Origin: Octopus sinensis
Taxonomy: Eukaryota
Direction of reading: 5' to 3'
Assembly: GCF_006345805.1 (NCBI RefSeq)
Contig: NC_042997.1
Location: forward strand, 121,272,001 to 121,336,000
DNA: 64,000 bases
In this document: in pieces, positions 39,890 through 54,975 of the stretch
Layout of the letters: each line of letters starts with the position of its first letter
Position numbering within the stretch: the stretch's first letter is position 1
The notes under the pieces: model-generated
What the model saw: the letters and a program-made list of their open reading frames with translations, nothing else
Databases searched by the model: none
What the model was told of the DNA's origin: nothing
Program-made: the position numbers and the translations under genes

Positions 39890-39975
39890 ATAGACAGACA
39901 AACAAATATGTAGAGAGATAGAGAGATAGTTAGACAGAAAGAAAAACAGACAGACAGACAGACAGATAGATAGAC

Positions 39976-40035
<60 letters not shown>

Positions 40036-40047
40036 GATAGATAGGAC

Positions 40048-40141
<94 letters not shown>

Positions 40142-40145
40142 ATAA
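39890..40145. repeat. (GACA)/(GATA)n microsatellite
   Basis: Direct reading. Confidence 0.95.
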
Positions 40146-40174
40146 ATATTATATATATATATAATATATTAAAA

Positions 40175-40680
40175 AATCGTTGGTGATTTTTCCTCCCCCT
40201 TCCATTCCTTGGATCTTTCCTTTTATACTTTGTAAAAGAGTGCGGAGATGGTAGATGTGGGATCTTCAGTAAACCCACCTACAAATACATAGAGGGAGAC
40301 AAAGAAAGGAAATTTAAACGTGGTCACATATTCAAAGTAAATGCAGATATGAGCGTAATATACTGCATAACCTGCCCCACATGGAAGGAGGATTATATAG
40401 GTGAAACTGGAAATTCTTTATGCCAACGAGTCAGAATTCACCGACAACATGTTCGACAGGAGGAACTGTGCAAGATGCCACCGAGTAAACACCTAGATAG
40501 ATGTGGAGAAGGAAATTTTAAGATCTTTCCCTTCTACAAATGTCCAAAGAATGACACCTCCTTCAGGAGGAATATGAGAAAATACTTCATAACTAAGTTC
40601 TCACCCAAATTGAATGGCTGAAAATATTTCTATCATAAGTTGTACTAGATGAAGGATCAAATATGTAAAGTAAATTTATT
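40175..40680 (+). mobile_element. Penelope-like element fragment: partial pLTR fused to GIY-YIG endonuclease region
   Basis: ORF 40349-40621 VIYCITCPTWKEDYIGETGNSLCQRVRIH..H..C..FKIFPFY..RKYFITKFSPKLN is a PLE-type GIY-YIG with the internal CxxC; 40177-40230 matches the start of the pLTRs at 41718-41910 and 42278. Confidence 0.88.
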
Positions 40681-40730
<50 letters not shown>

Positions 40731-41329
40731 ACACGCAGTTCTACACATGTACATATACATAAATAAAAACAATCCCTAATCCAGGCTCTCCAACTCATGT
40801 AAGCACAGGAATCAAACATTGGATTGAAAGTACAGAATAGTGGTATAAATATCAACATAATTATTTCTTCTTTTAACACTCCATTCAGGTATGCAAACAC
40901 CCACGCACATACATACATGCACACTCTCTCACAAGACAATGATAAAAGTGACGTTTTGGCCTCCAGCTGGTTTGACCATTGCTAAAAGCCAATGACTGGT
41001 TATTTTTAACAACTTGACGATTCCTACTTAACACTCTTTTCAGATACAAAAACACAAACAGACACACGTACACACATACGCGCGCACATAAACACACGCG
41101 CACCCACTCTCTCACAAGACAATGATAAAAATGGAAATACAAACAGCTGGATTTACAATCACTGTAAGCCAAGAATTATTTTTGACAAACAACTGCAAGG
41201 ATATCAACAAAATTTCTCCTCTTCTTCCTCCTTTCTTTCTTTTTCTTTAATACCCCTTTCAGTCACAAATACACACGCACACACACACATGCTCTCTCTC
41301 TCTCACTTTCTTCCCATTCATCACCCTCT

Positions 41330-41560
41330 TGTACCATCTAATATCCCTCCCCACCACTACACACTCAATAACACTATGAAAAGGGTCAAATTTTCCCCAA
41401 GAACTAAGTTCAATTTGAAAACTCCACTAGAATGGACGAAAGCGGTAATATATGATATATGATATATGATGTATAAATACATGTAATATACAAATAAATA
41501 TCTGTAATTATAAAACCATCCGAATTTCTGAGTACCTCATTTCTTCTAATATAAAATACC
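41330..41560 (+). repeat. Interspersed repeat, related (inverted) to 58060-58290; probable pLTR
   Basis: Shared ttga.aactccactag..tggacgaaagcg and gaatttctgagtacctcatttcttctaat. Confidence 0.7.
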
Positions 41561-41717
41561 TGTACATCATCTCCAGGCATTCTAATATATATATATATAG
41601 TTTAGCTGAGTTAGCGGTTATAATAATGTGCAAACAAATTATGTTCATAAGTTACAAATGAATTATAAAGCTCTAACAGAAATGGCAAATGCCAAAATTA
41701 TATATATATATATATAG

Positions 41718-41910
41718 TTAATCCAAACATGAAAACACAAAGGGAAAACACCACAACGCGAGGACGTGGAACAAGTATAGTATTATTGGACGCTCAGGAA
41801 AGGAGAGCTTAACGTTCCGAGCGGAGCTCTTCGTCAGAAACATAGGAAAAGGAAAGATCCAAAGAAGGGAAGACGGAGGAAAAAAATCGCCAACGGTACA
41901 CACGCAGTTC
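41718..41910 (-). mobile_element. Penelope pLTR-like ~200-bp element with hammerhead-like motif (41807-41841)
   Basis: rc gttt-CTGACGA-a-gagc tcc gctc-GGAA-c-gtt-aagc: perfect stem II, one core change (GAAA to GGAA). Confidence 0.65.
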
Positions 41911-42146
41911 ATGTCCGTAGGTGATTCGTAATTCTAAATATTTGGGTACGGTCATATGCTAATAATTGATCATCATTTTCAAATATATGGGGCAGAATCT
42001 CATCAGAGCTTAATGAGCTTATGCAAGAAATTATAGTTGTAAGTAAAAATAAAACAGAAATAGCATAAAGATAAAGGAAAATAAAGATAAAAGATATGTG
42101 AAGAAAAGTATAACTGTATGTAATATATATATATATATATTATATA

Positions 42147-42189
<43 letters not shown>

Positions 42190-42274
42190 CATACATACAT
42201 ACATTCATACATACATACATACATACATACATACATACAAACATACATACATACATACATACATGCATGCATGT

Positions 42275-42466
42275 GAATCGTTGGCGATTTTCTTACTCCG
42301 GCTTCCCTTCTATTGGTCTTTCCTCTGATTCTGAAGAAGTGCATCTGCTCGAAACGTTAAACCAACCATCTTTCTTTCCTTTCCTGAGCGTCTGCTATTA
42401 CATTATATGCACCACGGCCTCGCGTGGTTGTTTTTTGTGCTTGTTCATTTGGTATTTATATATGTT

Positions 42467-42470
<4 letters not shown>
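42275..42470 (+). mobile_element. Related pLTR-like element with hammerhead-like motif (42331-42360)
   Basis: CTGAAGA..gctc-GAAACGTT; start cgttggcgatttt and later tttcctgagcgtc shared with the 41718-41910 copy. Confidence 0.6.
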
Positions 42471-42521
<51 letters not shown>

Positions 42522-43559
42522 ATTATATATATATATATAGAGAGAGAGAGAAAGAAAGAGAGAGAGAGAGGGGGGAGACGACAGGTTTTCGACAGTTTCC
42601 GTCTACCAATTTAACTTATAAGGTATTGGTTAGCCCATGGTTGTATTAGAACACAGAATATCTTGGTTGCAAAGCGAGCCTCTTCCACTCAATAGTTGTA
42701 CAAGAGCAGAACAAAGTTGCATTAACCTCCTCCTGGAATAATCTAATCATATCCGACATCAATCGGCTTGTTTCCCATTCGATGTTATCCACTCATGGCT
42801 GTTTGCTTGTTTTAGCGGGTTATAATGTATTATAACGAAACCAATCTTTATTCACATTTTGATAACTTACTTAGCAATTTTGTGGATTCAATGTTTTTCA
42901 CACGATTGTCAGTAAAATTTCCGTAAATTTAATCTTCCGTTTATGAAATGCGAAGAAAATTTCTAAATTTCATTTCAAATTTTACTACATTTTTATTAAT
43001 TTTAGTAATTAATCTCAATGATTCGCAACCATGAAATACAGTATTATTACTACGTTCACAGTTTTTTTCTTTTTGTGATTGTAATTCTTTTAAAATAAGA
43101 GCAACACGAAGAATGTAATTTTTGCTACACACGGAACATCACTTTTTATTTTACATTGAATATTTATACAGGTGACATGCGAAAAAGTATCACTTCCATG
43201 AATACAATAGACAATATCAAATAGTGATGAATCATGGAACCATAAATAATTACATCTGCCTAGAGAAAAAGTTAGAGGAAAGACAAAATGTCGTGTTACA
43301 AGAAAGCATGTATACAAAAAAGCATTTTTACTGGAAAGCATATATACTCAGGATAAATTAGATTAAAACTCATTCTGAATCAGGAATTTAAAGGTTTTAT
43401 CTATTGACTTCAGAATGTGGACCTGACTACATATTTATATTAATGTTCGAATGACTGATAATGATACGCAATGCCTTTGCTTGCAGTCGTAACGTGTATT
43501 TCATAACAGTTTAACTATATTCTGTATTTTGCATTCCTTACGTCCGCATCGTCAGATGT

Positions 43560-44400
43560 GCGGGGCAAGAATACAGAGGATGTAATAGAAATATAAAATA
43601 AGTTTCTAGCAGTGAGCATTCCGATTCCCACTGGTCAGGTCGGGAGATGTGTTACTTTTGAGGGTCATTGAAGCATCTCTTATTTCATTTGTAGCAAACA
43701 GGGTCTGAAGAACGTATTGATGGAGTCAATTTGTCATAATTCTACAGGATATATTTTAGTGTCTTTACAGCTTGTAGATACTTAGTATGGAAGGGTCCAC
43801 AAGATGTTCACTTAGACGTCATTCTGATGGGTGTGACATTTCAGCGACATCAGTTATCACGTGGGGAAATAACCCATTCGATGTGTTACATATGCCTTTG
43901 CTGAGCAGGACTTAATCTTTAAGATATGTTGGAATTGTATAACCTTCCACTTTACGTAGGCTAACTGGCGTATAAAGATATATTTGAGTTATCAGCGACC
44001 AATCGCTTGAAGTTATTTAAGAGGGGGTACTTCGTTTAGCGATAAATATATTTTCCCTTTATGGAGATTAGGTTTAAGTGAAGCGTGTGCAGTTCCCCAA
44101 TGGAAGCATTGTTAGCAGTAAGAAGAATAAGGAGGGACAATCAGGAATGACCTACGGGATTATAGAAATCAGTTCGCTGATTCCGGAAATACCACATGAA
44201 GTGGGGCAGCGTTCTACAGCTTACAAGATCCCTTCACATCAAGGAGAGTGTGTGCTTCGTGTATCTTCTCTTAAAGATATTGGTGGCCATCATACATTTC
44301 TAGTGAGTTATGATTCCACTCGACGATATGAGGGTGACTGTGTATTCGGCAGCTTTTGAGAAGCGCTATCTAATCCATATCTAGCAGGTTAAAACTTACG
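43560..44400 (-). mobile_element. Possible highly degenerate LINE endonuclease/linker remnant
   Basis: GC-elevated unique sequence with only faint similarity to APE motifs (IGELH, LSEH). Confidence 0.25.
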
Positions 44401-44469
44401 TCTCACACACGCTTAATCGCGCGCGGGCACGCACGCACACACACACACAGACACACACACACACTCACG

Positions 44470-44532
<63 letters not shown>

Positions 44533-45132
44533 ACACGTATATACATTAAGATCAAGTGGAGCGTGAAGCTAGGATATTTTTATGAGCACTCGACCCGAAT
44601 ACTGGGCTATCGGCACTTCAGGTGTAGAAAATCTAAGTTTCATGATAATTATACCGTAAAATGGTTTTGGCGAAGAGTAGAGAATCAAATGACAAAAAAG
44701 AAGACAAGGAAAATTCTTTAACACATATTTAATTATTTATAAGTTACAGTTGTATCCGTACCATCTTTATTTGCAACGTCAGTTTACGCAAAAATTCTAA
44801 GTGAAAATTCACGTAATGTTTGCGGTCTTCGACATTAGAGATGCAATTCTTTACGTAATATATATCCCACATACTCATCCCATATCCACACTCTTAATCT
44901 TTTTCTTCTTTTATTTCCTCCCGATATCTTCCAAACAACAAGGTCAGAAGGATACACAATGTGACAAGACACATGTGATGCAGGTCTGATGAAGTACATC
45001 TTTATTGTCTAAAACAGCAAATATTATCTGAATTTTCATTTTAATTTTTTCTTTGTTTTCTTTACGTTGCTTGGTATACACACTCATACAGACACACACA
45101 CACACCACACACACAAACACACACACACACAC

Positions 45133-45206
<74 letters not shown>

Positions 45207-45304
45207 ATACGTGTGTATTTTGTGAGGGGAAGGGCGCTTAAATATATATATAAACGTACACAGATACAGGGATACGCTTGCACTTTAATCAATATTATCT
45301 AAAA

Positions 45305-46778
<1,474 letters not shown>

Positions 46779-47049
46779 ATATATATATTTATATATATAT
46801 ATATATATATTTTTATATATATATATATAAGAGAGAGTAACGAAATTTAAGGACGCCGTCTATATTACGCAGGTCTCAACTGCTAGTAGCTGAGAAGACA
46901 ACCTTCTACATTAATAACTCTCCAGCCCATGCCAGCATGGAACATAGACGTTAAGTGAAATTTTAAAAGTAAGTTTTCATTTCATATATGTATATAAATA
47001 CACGTAATTCAAAAACACGTTTTGTGTAGCTCATGTGGTAACCAAAAAC

Positions 47050-47600
47050 CAGGTACAGATTATAAATAATGCAAGGCCGATTTTGGTGCTCCATTCGAGA
47101 GAGGCAGTTGACAGACAATCCGATGATAAATCTGATCTTGGATCTTGAAAGTCTGCATGAATTCCGGCTCAGTTAAATCTCTTGTAGCTGCAGTGCAGCG
47201 TTTTATTGTCTAATTTTGTTTTGGAAGTACTTGGAATATTGGTCTGTTGATGACAATAGTTTCTTCAATAACTCTGGAGGTTGGATTATTTCAGGGAGTC
47301 TAACCTTTCCACCATTGCAGCACAGTGCAAGTGTCCCACCAGGCCACGTTCTTGCTTTACAATGTATGCACTCAGTTGTCATTGCACCAATGGAAACACT
47401 AATGTCATCTGCATAATAAACTGCTGTATCATAATTGAAAGCTTCTTCATAGAAGTTGCTTCTCTGAGCTGTTGCAAGTGCTCTTCAATCTGCAGTGGGG
47501 ATCCTATACCTTGTCAGCTGCGCATACCTCTATTCAACACTTTGGGATGTTCTGGCTTTTGTAATGCAGTCTGTTCGTTTCCTAGCATGCTTCCCTTTCC
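47050..47600 (-). mobile_element. Helitron Rep/Helicase N-terminal region remnant
   Basis: Manual translation: EAFNYDTAVYY..IGAMTTECIHCKARTWPGGTLALCCNGGKVRLPEIIQPPELLKKLL..YFQNKIRQ*N.., then FMQTFKIQDQIYHRI. These match the Helitron CxxC..CC.GKV.LP and F...G.IYH motifs. Confidence 0.85.
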
Positions 47601-47675
47601 AAAAAGATAGATATATAAGACATAGACAGATAGATACAGAGAGATAGATATAGAGATATAGATGGGCAGAGAGAT

Positions 47676-47749
<74 letters not shown>

Positions 47750-47800
47750 GGATGGATGGATGGATGGATGGATGGATGGATGGGTGGATGGATGGATGGA
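47600..47800. repeat. (GATA)n-(GGAT)n microsatellite
   Basis: Direct reading. Confidence 0.9.
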
Positions 47801-49949
47801 TAAGGAGATGTACATGCAGAGATAAAGGTAGAGAGATATAGATGTGAGTGACGCTAAAAACCGGAAGTAAATATTTTAAAAAACTTTGAAAGAATCTAAT
47901 ATAAAAATCTATAATTTTTATTTATTTCTATAACCAATGCATGTAAGGGAAACAATCAATTTCTGAAAGTTACTTCGCAAAGAGTTACCTCCCATATCCA
48001 CGTAACCCAGGAACGGGGGTTTCCTACACCCAGGTGGACCGTTACTCATTATGCTAAACATATTAAGTCTGAAACCATCCCTGGCACATAAGTAATGTAT
48101 ATTCCCAGTTTGGAGAAAATCAGTTGAAAAATACGGCCGTTATAATATTTTACGCACATACACACACACAAAGGGATTTATATTATATTATATTATATTT
48201 TATATATATATATATATACACATTTACAGACATCACAAACTCTCTCTCTCTCCAACACACAACACACACATCACCGGAAATTGCCCTCCTATCCTTTCGG
48301 CGTATAGGAGGGCAATTTACATTATATATTAAACTATCATCTAAACATCGTTTCTTGTGATTTCAAGACACTCGAGCATAACGTCCTCAAAAAAAAAAAT
48401 GCGGTCATAGGTGTTGGCTAAAATTCAATTTTATTCGTAAATTCCGATCATTGGCACACGATAACCTTTTTTTAATATGCTTGTTCAAACATTGTAATTA
48501 GATATATCCGTAACATGATAGCCGTGAAGTGAGTCTATTTCTAGGTGTTCGTTAGTATTTGCTACTTGAATTTTGCATTGACATTTAATATGATTGCAAG
48601 GACAATATAAATAAAACACTTGCGTTGTTTGCAGACAGAAGAGTCTGAGAGAATTCTTGTTTGCAGTGTCAATACTACATAATTTTATTCAGTTATTCAC
48701 CAATTGTGGTCCTTCGAAAAATAACTTGTAGTTAATCAGTTTTATTCCATCGATTTTCTAATCCATACATCTATATGTTTGAGTTACACGTTTATTTTTA
48801 GATGCCAAAATGTATCTTTGGTATTATTTACTTGTACTTGAACAAACTGTTTTATGAAACAGAATTTACATTATAATCAACTTCTTGTCTGTATATTTCA
48901 CTATCCAATTCTTAATTTGCTATATAACTAGGGAAATCGTTTTATGAAAATTATATTCTAGAACACTGCTCACGGTTGCAAAGCTATACATAATAATATT
49001 CTGTACAGGAATAAAAACCAAACATCTAATTAAGAAACCTAAACGAACCAGCAATCACAATTTTTTAAATCTAGAATAAAGAATTTTTTTCCTGATTCTA
49101 TTTCTGTAAACATATTAGATGATTGTATACCATCACAAAGCGCAGTGTCTACTTGGTTCTGGGCATTTCAATAATGTATCATTGATTCTTATATTCCTCA
49201 CTATATTAAACAAATTACTTAAATCATCTGAAAAAGAATTTTCATTTTTACTGCATAATATAACCGTTCAGATATCTATTTGCTATGGTCTTATATTAAA
49301 AGAAAAATGCTGCAGATATATTTACAATACTCAGATATAGTCATCTCATCTTTATTATAGAACCATGTATTTTAAATTATTATAACCTACTGTTACTGCG
49401 CTCTTTCAAGGTCTTTTTGCTGGGCTCCGAGGCTGATGAAGGAAATTCGAGAATACTGTATGGCCCAAAATGTTTCGTATATTATAAAATCTTGGAGCAT
49501 AAAACCGGATGCCTGGTAAAAGAAATGACTCAATCAGTATGATATTAATATTAATGAACGAATTGTAGTTGTTGCTGAGCGACAGACTAGCTTACAATGC
49601 TACCACAATTTTTGTTTAGAAATTTCAAAACACTTTTGCATTCACATGTATTACCAGTTATTAAGCTGTATCGCAGCAAACTTAAATATCAAGCACTTAC
49701 CTTACGCTTCATATTGCGTCATTCAAACTAGATTTCTGTACGCTCACCAAGTATACTTCGATGTATAACATCAACGAAATATTCAATTCCATGTCACTAT
49801 CCCTAAGGATTCTATTACATTTGGGATGATGGCAACTTCTCAACATTTTGTATTTTATGTTTGGTATTTTAATTCAACTCCCCATTCTTTTCCCCGCCAA
49901 CCAAATATTAAATGTGTAGGCAACCTCACTTTAGCAGCGGACTCATCTT

Positions 49950-50760
49950 TCTTGAGTACGACGCTATTTGGGTGCGAATGTTCCCTGTGCCTATCTATTT
50001 CAATATTCATGTCACGTAGTACCCGAGCAATCATTGGTCTTCGAATATGTGGTCATTGTTACGTCAATAGTTTTATGCCATAGTCAATTAGCGTTGGACA
50101 AAATCAGTGTTCTGAGGGAAATTCTGGGCACGGAGGTTCATCACCGAAACAGCCTATAATAGGAAACTTTTGCCCTGGGAAACTGAATATCAAGAAATTT
50201 TAGTTGTAGAATTATTAGGGAGCAATTGCGATGTAGAATAGAATAAAGATAAATGCTTGTGTCGCGTGGCTAGACCTCTCCGTTAGACACATGGAGCAGA
50301 AATCCAACACTATTCTAGATGCAATTATTGGGTGTTCGAGTATTTGTGACTTTTCGATGCATGTCGAACAGCTTTTGTAAATATAACAAATCAAGCTCTT
50401 AGCTGAGCCCACAAAGAAGATCATCCCAACATGTTTCTTTGACTTTGAAGAGAACAGATTTCTTCGCTGTCTTGGTGTTTATTGAGAATGACATTTTCTG
50501 GTGAAATAAATTAAAAGGAGTGGAAACACATATGTTTCGTTTCAGCTAAATCGTTGTCAGCCTTTTCAAGTTTTACTGAGTAGAGAAGCATGTCGGTTAG
50601 GAAAATGAGGTGTTTTCGTTCTTAAAAAGTTGGTGAGAGTGGTGAGAGGTGCCCGGGCCCTGCTCTTATTGTAGGTTCTACTCCAGAGATCATAGAAAGG
50701 AGAGGATATATTGCAATTGTTTTCCGCATAAAACATATATCTATGGTTCTTGGCTGTCTT
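49950..50760 (-). mobile_element. Highly degenerate CR1-like RT remnant
   Basis: Manual translation gives DLLYLQKLFDMHRK (cf. D..KAFD.V.H), SVPRISLRTLIL (cf. GVPQGSVLGPLL) and TMTTYSK (cf. TSYADD) in the correct order. Confidence 0.45.
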
Positions 50761-51054
50761 TGTATTAGAATGTCATCTGATATATTTTTGTGATATTGTA
50801 TTCCACAGCTAATTTAGTTTTGTATATAATAGATTTTCTATTAAACCAATTGTTTCGGTATTGTCTTCTTATCTTTGTTATAGGAAATAGAGAAAATTCG
50901 AAGAACAGAATGACACTAGATATCAGAAAAGAAATGCATAAAAAGAGGAGGAAAAAACGTCAATAACGAATGAAAGCAAAAACTGTAATAGCAGAAAAAG
51001 AAAAGAATAAACAAACAAAGAAATCAGAAAGAATAAATGAATTAATGAATGAAC

Positions 51055-51180
51055 GAAGGAGAAGAAGAAGAAGAAGAAGAAGAAGAAGAAGAAGAAAGAA
51101 GAAGAAGAAGAAGAAGAAGAAGAAGAAGAAGAAGAAGATGAAGAAGAAGATGAAGAAGAAGATGAAGAAGAAGAAACGAA
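51055..51180. repeat. (GAA)n microsatellite
   Basis: Direct reading. Confidence 0.95.
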
Positions 51181-51342
51181 AAGGTAGAAGTGGAAGGAAA
51201 ATATTAAATGTGTCTGGAGAATAAGAAATAAACAAATATATAAATATAAAAATAAAGTAGCGTAAAACTGAAATAAGTTAAATCAACATTATGATTGTTG
51301 CTATAGCATCAAGGATGATATCAATAAATAGAATCGATGCAG

Positions 51343-51360
51343 TATTATTATTATTATTAT

Positions 51361-51442
<82 letters not shown>
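51343..51442. repeat. (TTA)n-(GTA)n microsatellite
   Basis: Direct reading. Confidence 0.95.
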
Positions 51443-52449
51443 TATTGCTGTTGTTTTGTTATATTATCGTTCGTTGTTAATACCACCCCCTTTTCATCCC
51501 CTTTCATCCCCTTTCATCAGCAGTCATTAATATCATACATCAGTAATATTTTCAAAGGCAAACATATTTATTGATCCTTATACCAAAGTCAAGATGTCGT
51601 TTATAGAAATCCAATAGCAGCCATATGCTTCTATAATTATTCGCAGTTGCATCAATATCCAATCCATTTGATATCTACAACGGGAATCGAATGCAGAAAC
51701 TAATGCCTACATTGTTTGTTAATCAATGTAAAATATGGCTGCTTAACTGTCTTTGTGAAGGCTGGAACAAATATGACAATTATTGTACAATTGTATTACG
51801 GATCATGGTTCGTCAGGTTCTGCATATTTCCGGTGAATGATAGAGATGGCAGAGTGATAGGAAATAAGTTCTTCACAGTACATGACAATATAGAAACAAA
51901 CACAATTATATCATATGTAGCTGATAAGCATTGGAACATAGATACACACACACGTAGTGATAAACATGGCGTTTCTTTTTCTGCTACCACGCTAAGAAAA
52001 ATAGAGTAGAAGTTATAAGAATATAAAGTAGCGGGGGTGGTGTAATGTCAGGCGTGAGATGAACTTCACTGATTGTAAAAGATGTTTATCATGCAGTCCT
52101 GACTGGCAAACAGGAAAAGAGTGAACGAATAAATAAGTGAATGCAAATGAGTAGACTGGTGTAAGATGTGAGCCTTATGTCGTTTTAATATTCTGATAAA
52201 ATTATTGTGTGAAAAATAATTCTGCGATAATGATAATTATATGTAAATATTTCAGTGTTTGTAACTATTACTTTTATATTTTTATAGATATAGTATCAAC
52301 ATTTTTGATCTAAATTTTATAAGCATAATTAAAGCGATTCTATTGATTTACACTTAACAGCCTTTCTTAGGAAAGAAGACGACTCAATTATTTCCGTGCT
52401 TTAAATACATTAGTCAATGTTTAAATTAAGTTCAAAAGGCATCTGCGAA

Positions 52450-52840
52450 AGGCGCAGGCGTGTCTGTGTGGTACGAAGTTAGCTTCCCGACGACATATTA
52501 CCGAATTAATCCCCATAGCGTCGTCTCAGGCCGACCAAAGCCTTGTGAGTATATTTGGTAGACGGAAACCGAAAGAAACCCGTCGTGTGTATGTGTGTGT
52601 GGTTGTGTGTGCGTATTGTGTGTGTGTTCATGTCTATGTTTGTCACCACCACCGCTTGACAAACGGTGTTTGTGTGTTTACGTCCCCGTAAAATAGCGCT
52701 TCGGCAAAAAGAGACCGATAGAATAAGTACCGAGCTTAGAACGAAAATAAGTAATGGGATCGATTCCTTCGACTAAAATTCCTGAAGGAAGCGCCCCAGC
52801 ACTGCTGCAGTTTAATGCACGAAACAAGTAAACGCTGAAA
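52450..52840 (+). mobile_element. SINE family B, degenerate full length
   Basis: aggcgcaggcgtgtctgtgtggtacg head; gaataagtacc and gccccagcactgctgcag tail. Confidence 0.85.
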
Positions 52841-54769
52841 GATAGTGGGAATTGGCAATGTGTAAATAGAGATCACATTAATTCCTACCCATTTAATTTA
52901 ACCATTAAGATCTTTGGTAATGTAATGTATTTGATATGCTGGTCACCATTGCTCCAAATTACTCTAACTTCACCGAACTATAAATAGTAGGTGAATCACG
53001 TGTCTGGAAAGTTAAATGTCAACAATCCTTAATTTTCTAGCTTGTGGGTCACCAGTATAATAGGGAGCAGTCGTGTGTCTCCAGTTGCTTAATCATATTT
53101 CCTTCTAAAACGGTTTCATAATTTGAATTCCATATATATATTTTGTTTGTATTTTAGTCTTCAATCGTCTTCAAAAAATCAAATTCTAAAGTTTTTAAAT
53201 CCAGCAAAATATTGCCAAAAGTTTGAGAATTATTGGTTAAAAACACGAAAGCGAATATAACGCTTTCAAATATTTTGTTTGGAGTTCAAACGCTGTTCAC
53301 AAGTATCTAGATATATATTAAAGAATCGTTTACCTGAAGGTGATCGGTAAACATTCAGATCAAATAAAAATTGAAAACAGATATATGAAAGATGTGAAAT
53401 TTAGATAGAAAATATACAACTACAATCAAATTCCCCGTGTGCTTTCTCCTACCATCTGATATAGAAACTTTAATGTGAATAACTTGCTTCATATTTCCCC
53501 ATTCACTTGATATATTTTCCTGCGTTTAATATTTCCTTGCTGTTAACGGTACTTTCTCTATATAAAGAGTATTTTGAAATTCTAGACTTATACTAATATA
53601 TTCACCAATGCTAACAAAATGAGTGAAAGCTGATGAAAGTTGATAATATTCGAAACAGAGAATCTACAGAGAACATCATGCTAACGATCTATAGTGAACT
53701 AGAATATTTCTTTTAATACACTTACATAATAAGGTAAAATGTATGATACCGCATAAGAATATTCCTGTACAAACTAGTATTTAACTTCCTGATAAATCTT
53801 TCCATGTATTTATGATCTTCCTATATTCTAATCATACTTTCATTTTTCTTTGAAAATTATATTATTTAGCGTTGTATAACCAACTTGTTTCTAAATTCGG
53901 CAACATATTAATATTTCTGAACAACTTAAATATGTATTCCATATAGTAATATGCAATTTTTCATAACAAATTTTAATGATGTCTCTCAGTAACAGTTTTC
54001 CATATCATGAAATGATATGGAAATGAAAGATAATTTTCTGTGTAACGTATTTATTTCTGAATATCTTTACCTTCCCATTGTATCATATTACGTGTATATA
54101 ATATATTATTTGGGAATAATGTGTTCAAAGTTATAATTAAATATTCAATGACACAGTATATATATTTATAATATTCCTTGATACATCAATGTACATACAT
54201 TATATATATATATATATATATATATATAAGTATTTAGTATCAGTATTTGATATATAAGTATTTTACATATTTCTATGTAAGTTTATTATGTGTGCATTTG
54301 ACAGGCTGGGAGATTATAAATATGTATTTTTACTATTGAGTTCTGTACAGTATCAGCTTTATTTCAATGTTATTTCGATGGCTTCACTAAAATTGCTGAA
54401 AACGTCTTCAACATCACATGGTGATTTCTTTCTGACAGTTGCCAGTCTGTGGGGATTATTTTTATTAAAGAAAGAATAACTTTGTCAAATAAGTATTTTA
54501 CGTTTTGAGACCAAGTATGCTGCCATGTAAAATAACCACAGTTTACTCGTACCGAGGTAATTTACTTGTACCAAGTATCTACGTCTATATCATATCTCAC
54601 GCTACCGTCTTACATAAAAATGCTAGTGGGTAATGGAGACATAAATATAGGCAAAGTTAAAATGGTCACTCTTGGAACGACTCTGTTTGCCAGCAAGAAC
54701 TATGAGTACTAATTAGATCAACGTAAGAATAAAATCTATTTTCGCTTAACATACATCATCAGCAGCAGC

Positions 54770-54975
54770 TGTCGTTTAAGAATTTGGACCTGGAGATCTC
54801 CATTTCCAGCGACTTCGAAGGTCACCTCCCAGTGGTGTCGGGCGTCAACGAAGAGCCCTCGACTACAACAAGACGACCAAAGTGTTTTTTTCTTCCAGGG
54901 TCTGGGGTCTCCCGCTCCTAAGCCCTAGACCATCACCTAATCCCCCTAACCCGTCTTGTACACAACAACAATCAG
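54770..54975 (+). mobile_element. Family E (AAC)n-tailed retroposon, copy 3
   Basis: Aligns with 28368-28586. Confidence 0.85.

Noticed and set aside
50970-51224. Basic poly-R/K protamine-like ORF
   Set aside because: Translation of a (GAA)n microsatellite.
53997-54023. Perfect 12-bp inverted repeat tttccatatcat-gaa-atgatatggaaa
   Set aside because: Isolated and AT-rich, with no associated feature.
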